DNA from: Candidatus Omnitrophota bacterium
GTDB lineage: Bacteria > Omnitrophota > Gorgyraeia > Zapsychrales > JAHFFX01
Reading direction: 5' to 3'
NCBI GenBank assembly: GCA_023247725.1
Contig: JAHFFW010000002.1
Span: forward strand, 64,160 to 128,159
Length of the DNA stretch: 64,000 bases
Every line of letters starts with the position of its first letter. The stretch's first letter is position 1. A program made the translations under genes and the position numbers. Below the pieces are notes generated by a model. That model was not told where the DNA came from and did not search any database. It was given only the letters and a program-made list of their open reading frames with translations. Positions 63,001-64,000 of the stretch are shown piece by piece.

Positions 63001-63998
63001 TCAATCTTCCGGGCCACGGCGAATTTGTGGTGGACCAGGAAGGTGTGGCGCAGAAGCAGGTGAATACCCGAGCAAGTGCCGAAAGAAATCCGGCACAGCC
63101 GCAAAATAAACCTTCCCCCACCTCGGCCAAAGAAATCGTGTTGGCAATTATCTTGGGAATTGCGCTCATTCTCGCCTGGAATAGTTTCAAGAAAATAAAG
63201 CGGACGTACTGGATTAAGAGAATCAAAGAACTCCTGGCGCAAGCAAGAGGAGCGCTTACGGAGGGCAAATGGCCGGAAGCTGGAAAAGCCTTGAAAAAAT
63301 TGGAAGACAACAACGCGGTTCAGGATATGGAACCAGAGCAAAAGGAGGAAGTCCAATCCCTTCAAGAAGAATGGAATAGACAGAAAAAGGAAAAAGAGGA
63401 AGAGCAATTGGGTGCCCGAATACCTCCCGAAATTCTGGGCAGAATGTCGCCTGAGTTTCTGGCCCGGCATATCCGTGCCCGTTTCCATGAACGCATTAAG
63501 GCTAACGATGCCGATAAAAATCTAGACCCCGATGAAGCCAAGCATCAATTACGAGTAGTTCAAGAAGAATTGATTGAAGACTTAATGCATTCGGTCATGC
63601 TGGATGTCAGTTTGTTGGCCAAGGCGGCCGTCAAGATTTTGGAGGAATTTCTCAAGGCCGAGGAAGCCCAAAAAGACAATCGAGCCAACTCGTGGGCGGG
63701 CGAGACGATTTTTGAGGCTATTCGACGGAAGGCAGAGACCTTGATGGCCCAAGGCGAGATCGTAAGAGCACGGATGAATCCCGGCGAGAAATTAGCGGAC
63801 GGAGATTTGATTATCATTGATCGTCGTGACGGCATGAGGTTGATTTTCGGCGAGCATGCCTTTGGAGAAAACGACGTGCATCCCTATGCCTATGACCTCG
63901 GAGGAGGCGGACGGCAAACGATTAATCCACAGGATATTGACCATGGCCTGATTGATAAACTGGTCAAACCTAAGTCGGCGAAGAGTGAAAAGCCGGTG
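3..63998 (+). CDS. Internal fragment of a giant multidomain protein gene (at least 21,332 codons within the window; 5' and 3' ends lie outside the window)
   Basis: Seen in sequence: reading triplets from position 3 I found no TAA/TAG/TGA through 63996-63998. I re-checked the frame at both window ends, in AT-rich stretches (about 29700-29900 and 32400-32460) and near 41160. All + strand ORFs in the supplied track have start mod 3 = 1 or 2, none = 0. A stop-free frame cannot appear as a bounded ORF, which explains its absence from the track. The frame shows a strong GC-rich third-position bias (gcc/ggc/ccg/gtc/acc). The translation reads as bona fide protein with catalytic motifs. Inference: I translated by eye and cannot fully exclude one missed stop; the track's lack of any frame-3 ORF argues against that. 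Confidence 0.9.
2019..2750 (+). repeat. Three in-frame copies of a ~20-aa motif [LIV]PSDA[EQ]QD[DEA]SP[EQ]A[VA][EK][IV]A[KL]QK (copies at about 2019-2078, 2499-2558 and 2691-2750)
   Basis: Seen in sequence: ...ctgccgtcggacgctcagcaggatgactctcccgaggccgtcgaaattgccaaacaaaag / attccttccgacgccgagcaggatgagtctccccaggcggtcaaaatcgct / gtaccttccgacgccgagcaagatgcctcccccgaggcggccgaagtcgcc. The third copy is followed by LAEEAMAEGPPDH, which recurs as LAREAMEGPQAP near 10590-10640. Confidence 0.75.
6570..8470 (+). other. Hydrophobic, Gly/Ala-rich helix-rich region (at least 8 candidate membrane-spanning or amphipathic helices); possible polytopic membrane domain I
   Basis: Translation contains runs such as FIVWIVADAATILFKGFGWSLVA, MLLMSYMGLTGQKMSMDGLVYLLGWSF, IAAIAMIFFGRALF, VLLTTATMALGAVVVGA, LWGMFLLAALFAKPLL, MMAAMVILPGMAEG, LLGAGLATATVASSVGLAYGGFSMATA, GYGVMLLGLSTPGVM and LLVAISNIVKDAVHMVPQLMAFNMVIPVAQHLAAI. 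Hydrophobicity was judged by eye only. Confidence 0.4.
11440..12880 (+). repeat. Duplicated linker block (SVTFTVP[S/G]S..AIQ...LALA[A/V]LAAV...SASPAVDGA[N/S]VTDHQQKIAL) flanking an HEXXH module; 62-bp near-identical DNA at 11589-11650 and 12819-12880; a third degenerate copy at about 14760-14960
   Basis: Seen in sequence: ctccgccagccccgccgttgacggggcca[a/g]cgtcactgaccatcaacaaaagattgccttaag occurs twice, 1.23 kb apart. Both copies are preceded by SVTFTVP... and an Ala/Leu-rich LALAALAAV segment. The 14.8-kb copy shares LILAALAAAVAPDRHDSAQVNS. Confidence 0.8.
11950..12200 (+). other. HEXXH zinc-metallopeptidase-like module 1 (HEFGH at 12018-12032), possibly ImmA/IrrE-like
   Basis: Seen: ...RDVVMAHEFGHAARQHRQLMEKNPLANKEEAELTQSEVHQLERIVQGNELQADQDAVDIAV. 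This has HEXXH plus a downstream E-x-Q-A-D-x-x-A motif resembling the Glu third-ligand motif of ImmA/IrrE-type zincins (established family knowledge). The assignment is by motif only. Confidence 0.4.
13950..14012 (+). other. Internal twin-arginine (Tat) signal-like motif SRRSFLKGAMGAALTPRATAQ
   Basis: Seen: tcc cga agg tct ttc tta aaa ggg gcg atg ggt gct gcc ttg aca cct cgc gcg aca gcg caa. This matches the canonical [ST]RRxFLK followed by a short h-region and an A-x-A-like site. An in-frame Met (ATG about 13821) lies 43 codons upstream. It could be a vestige of gene fusion or chance. Confidence 0.3.
17927..18450 (+). other. Clan-CD cysteine peptidase-like module (caspase/legumain/clostripain-type His...Cys dyad): His codon 18135-18137 (FGAHGPY), Cys codon 18264-18266 (VLLESCFTGKG)
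   Basis: Seen: KAIVVYTKADNNG...IDFGAHGPYTADSMNYGKGGALTVGRWQALRGKVSGALAEKGRVLLESCFTGKGG. An H-G is followed about 43 residues later by hydrophobic-x-E-x-C. This is the spacing and context typical of clan CD peptidases (established family knowledge). Motif-level inference only. Confidence 0.45.
19215..19335 (+). other. Predicted transmembrane helix (LVMVPKLVAAVVAVALIVPAIASAAGAVG)
   Basis: A run of about 28 aliphatic residues preceded by WRGR. Seen in the translation. Confidence 0.6.
19340..20290 (+). repeat. Pro/Thr/Ala/Ser-rich low-complexity segment containing a 78-bp (26-aa) tandem repeat x ~2.9 at about 19535-19760 (VEPIHSPIGTEL[TA]APTAPDSS..V.PL)
   Basis: Seen: ccggtggaacccatccattccccgatcggtacagagttaacggcgccaacggcacctgactcttcc... 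is repeated with a few substitutions, then decays into a generic P/T/A-rich sequence up to about 20290. Confidence 0.8.
20585..20700 (+). other. Predicted transmembrane helix with a basic stop-transfer tail (ATGAAITGIGLLATGLAGYGVY-RQRRQRSARNR)
   Basis: Seen in the translation. With the helix at 19215-19335 it would bracket the P/T-rich segment on one side of a membrane. Confidence 0.55.
23660..23880 (+). other. TPR-like helical repeat(s) (EYREARDLDPDTFEYAAMLGEAYVRLGK...)
   Basis: The motif pattern A..Y..A..DP with small/large residue alternation is typical of TPR (established knowledge). Assignment by eye. Confidence 0.4.
26080..26460 (+). other. TPR-like repeats (IEDFRQALSLTKDPRD...AIEYFREAVDLDPGEKHYREQLANA...FFEEAVRHAPDNQDF)
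   Basis: About three consecutive 34-aa-like units with A/F/Y positions and [DN]P turns. Assignment by eye. Confidence 0.45.
26980..28150 (+). other. Long coiled-coil-like region (heptad-like E/K/Q/L-rich: ...QQRAELLEEINRLKTEADGAQIDKDQRKG...AELAEKIAEKRSALQALEGQIQVQQRELLAG...)
   Basis: Seen in the translation. No heptad scoring was computed. Confidence 0.4.
29337..29399 (+). other. Internal Sec-signal-peptide-like sequence MKALLVGALMAIPAFASA|HG with in-frame ATG (29337-29339) and upstream aggg purine tract
   Basis: Seen: cgacgcatagggATGaaggcgcttttggtgggggcgctcatggcgattcccgccttcgcgtcggctcatggc. This has an n-region (RRIGMK), a hydrophobic h-region and an A-S-A cleavage-like site. It may be a fusion vestige, an internal start or a TM helix. 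Confidence 0.35.
30100..31270 (+). repeat. Module with a paralogue at about 45300-46210 (shared ~65-aa segment: A[MI]RIA[AG]D[IM]AR[DE].....[QD]HR[AD]F[LE][EK]EFN[KR]RAD[ND][PQ][ED]Y...REVALVP)
   Basis: Seen: IVVAMRIAADIARDPNSASRQDHRAFLEEFNKRADNPEYLNSVKQAIDRTAQEHQVALVPVARQ (about 31090-31280) versus IKLAIRIAGDMAREAPESLLDHRDFEKEFNRRADDQDYVARLIKEIAASDREVALVPAFTAD (about 46030-46215). Confidence 0.6.
35280..35520 (+). other. HEXXH zinc-metallopeptidase-like module 2 (HELGH at 35379-35393), ImmA/IrrE-like pattern
   Basis: Seen: ISRIIMNLDAGGFRNQTAAAVHELGHHGLAQITNADLNNNKPEPQNGKLREQQMVGEGIAETYARDGL. This has HEXXH plus a downstream E-G-I-A-E-T-Y-A motif. Confidence 0.4.
40200..40420 (+). other. HEXXH zinc-metallopeptidase-like module 3 (HELGH at 40263-40277), ImmA/IrrE-like pattern
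   Basis: Seen: FMSILGHELGHNQVIALYKRFGPEDYREKGWVPVTKDFGVIEEFGGDLFAADYIDN. This has HEXXH plus a downstream E-E-F-G-G-D-L-F-A-A-D-Y motif. Confidence 0.45.
43800..44260 (+). other. Class I (Rossmann-fold) SAM-dependent methyltransferase-like module (PrmA/HemK-like motif I and post-II)
   Basis: Seen: DLTGKTVLIAGFGDGIQAILAKKKGAKRVIAVDNNAAVLDLARENTRLNGMGGQIEFKTAWAEDLTPDEIGPIDVLVANLPG. Motif I is a degenerate G-x-G-x-G-like glycine-rich loop (LIAGFGDG), followed by an acidic loop (AVDNN) and a DVLVAN[IL]P motif characteristic of PrmA-type methyltransferases (established knowledge). Confidence 0.55.
46990..47110 (+). other. P-loop NTP-binding (Walker A) motif GGEGSGKST (about 47029-47055)
   Basis: Seen: REKGTLIVGGEGSGKSTLTYALVKKGFNYGGQGMDML. 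The motif GxxGxGK[ST] is preceded by a hydrophobic beta-strand. No Walker B was assigned. Confidence 0.5.
51870..53034 (+). repeat. Pair of ~110-bp direct repeats (about 90% identical) at 51870-51981 and 52923-53034, encoding linker DAAMAQRRKE[DG]ST[IT]SYEPTQ.EQ.ATARHS[DN]AAMAA; they flank the CheR-like module
   Basis: Seen: gacgccgcgatggcgcagcggcgcaaagaagattcgaccatttcttatgaaccgacgcagacagaacaaacggccacggcccggcactccgacgccgcgatggcggcg versus gatgccgcgatggcgcagcggcgcaaagaaggttcgaccacttcttatgaaccgacgcagagagaacaatcggccacggcccggcactccaacgccgcgatggcggca. Confidence 0.85.
52300..52900 (+). other. CheR-like (protein-glutamate O-methyltransferase-type) SAM-methyltransferase-like module
   Basis: Seen: FKAVLLGSSNGDDPVTKALTM...RRIDVVGVDISAQAIAKAKENLQSGKFRIDAEYIQ...ADAVFINSILYEVPKSAQAEFFEGLKRNMKPGAFLFLS. 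This parallels CheR motifs (IWSAGCSTGEEPYS.A..., I.ATDIS..AL.KA..G.Y, FD.IFCRNVLIYF...Q..V...F...L.PGG.L). Established family knowledge, by-eye alignment. Confidence 0.45.
54880..55290 (+). other. Pro/Ser/Thr/Gln-rich low-complexity linker with short TSPS/QEP repeats, preceded by a weakly hydrophobic helix (about 54790-54850, WLVRVAGVATALLAF)
   Basis: Seen in the translation: ...QPPPQSPQGQVVPPTPAD...GPTSPSRPQEPSSQEREQTSPSQRGAPSQGAGNQQGTPATGD. Confidence 0.6.
55450..55770 (+). other. Peptidoglycan-binding domain-like module (PG_binding_1-type signature)
   Basis: Seen: GDRGPAVRTLMRILRVVFDGEDG...YDEEFARQALQLWQ...NVERAIVALQNAFDIREDGDVGPETWSLLGEL. This matches the G..V..LQ..L......DG.[FV]G..T..A[VL]..[FW]Q...L..DG.VG..T...L pattern of PG_binding_1 (established family knowledge, by-eye). 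Confidence 0.5.
56100..58900 (+). other. Compositionally distinct segment of the giant ORF (visibly lower GC; Ala/Val/Ser use gca/gta/agt instead of gcc/gtc/tcc). It encodes a Val/Ala/Ser/Arg/Asn-rich region plus two predicted TM helices (about 58363-58440 and 58490-58565).
   Basis: Seen by eye: e.g. gcagttaggaatgtaggagcgcggataacaaaaattggaagcagtgttgtcaatgcagttagcagtttctttgtagcagaagcatacgcagcagaagtagcaggtagtgaa. GC not computed. Frame +3 remains open throughout. Confidence 0.5.
60980..62235 (+). other. Polytopic membrane region (at least 8 predicted TM helices) carrying HEYGH (61218-61232); reminiscent of M50/site-2-protease-type intramembrane metalloproteases
   Basis: Seen: VLVPLAVQIAAIVVLYLVFHVIAVMAATWGVVHLSLLGFEIVTINF...ILPFILSVVLLIARHEYGHDLHAFMVGD...FVALGGPLFNILGALSGLILWGAMSVLGHFVTIPALIIWGTKILILVDLYFVIPNLILAISVKLPMMGD...IMIVIGIILLIAMVV...LFGLCVGIYLLIG...FLTIGIVLALAVLIAQW...VLLILGVVSALLGASGVLY. 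HEXXH next to TM helices plus a later N-x-x-P-x-x-G-D-like segment loosely parallels the M50 HExxH...LDG pattern (established knowledge). Weak, motif-level inference only. Confidence 0.35.
62240..62610 (+). other. Pro/Thr/Ala/Gln-rich low-complexity linker (PRAPPPGGTTTPTPAAAQPPAPATQTTPTTPAPAAQSSPAPVAGQPVQP...)
   Basis: Seen in the translation. It generates the Arg/Pro-rich artefact ORFs 62230..62643(+) and 62438..62656(-) in the track. Confidence 0.7.
63120..63190 (+). other. Predicted transmembrane helix (IVLAIILGIALILAW) followed by a basic stretch (NSFKKIKRTYWIKRIK)
   Basis: Seen in the translation. Confidence 0.5.
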
Positions 63999-64000
63999 AA

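Noticed and set aside
1-64000. Alternative genetic code (e.g. UGA to Gly/Trp recoding) as the explanation for missing long ORFs in the track
   Set aside because: This is not needed. Frame +3 contains no TGA, TAA or TAG at all, so its openness is independent of the translation table. The track simply cannot display an ORF without in-window boundaries.
1-64000. rRNA, tRNA, ncRNA, insertion sequences or transposases, integrases, promoters or terminators
   Set aside because: I found no sequence resembling rRNA or tRNA cloverleaf-encoding structure, no transposase or integrase motifs (e.g. DDE, tyrosine recombinase R-H-R-Y) in the translation, and no intergenic space anywhere in the window where promoters or terminators for this gene could lie.
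1-64000. Taxonomic assignment to Omnitrophota (giant-gene-bearing candidate phylum)
   Set aside because: The architecture is only suggestive. No marker genes, rRNA or flanking genes are present in the window, so I offer this as a hypothesis in the summary, not as a call.

Overview
The whole 64-kb window is an internal fragment of one giant open reading frame on the + strand, in frame +3 (codons start at 3, 6, 9, ...). Reading by eye from position 3 to the last complete codon (63996-63998) I found no in-frame TAA, TAG or TGA. That is 21,332 consecutive sense codons, and the gene continues past both ends of the window. The supplied ORF track agrees: every + strand ORF it lists is in frame +1 or +2 and none is in frame +3. 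A frame with no stop inside the window cannot be emitted as a bounded ORF, so the giant frame is invisible in the track. The short + and - strand ORFs in the track are best explained as out-of-frame or antisense artefacts of a GC3-rich coding region (I did not compute GC).

The predicted protein is a mosaic of heterogeneous modules. Three have HEXXH zinc-metallopeptidase-like motifs (HEFGH near 12.0 kb, HELGH near 35.4 kb, HELGH near 40.3 kb), each followed 25-40 residues later by an E-x-x-A-[D/E]-x-[F/Y]-A-like motif that suggests ImmA/IrrE-type zincins. There is a clan-CD (caspase/legumain-like) His...Cys module near 17.9-18.45 kb. Two methyltransferase-like modules are present: a PrmA-like Rossmann SAM-binding module near 43.9-44.1 kb and a CheR-like module near 52.3-52.9 kb. 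Other modules are a P-loop (GGEGSGKST near 47.03 kb), a PG_binding_1-like peptidoglycan-binding module near 55.45-55.77 kb, TPR-like repeats, and a long coiled-coil. Several hydrophobic segments are predicted to be transmembrane, including a multi-helix cluster near 61.0-62.2 kb that carries HEYGH, reminiscent of M50/site-2 proteases.

The modules are joined by short recurring linker motifs such as DAAMAERR, VTSEMPT(DGA), DLSGVAK, ADPTR and D[A/S]AQV[N/S]. Near-identical DNA direct repeats up to about 110 bp flank at least one module, and there are internal tandem or paralogous module duplications.

The architecture of many unrelated enzymatic modules (peptidase-like, methyltransferase-like, peptidoglycan-binding) in a single ORF of at least 64 kb resembles the giant genes reported from Omnitrophota and other candidate predatory or epibiotic bacteria. 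That assignment is inference only. I found no rRNA, tRNA, CRISPR array or recognisable transposase. All coordinates for sub-features are approximate and were mapped by hand.
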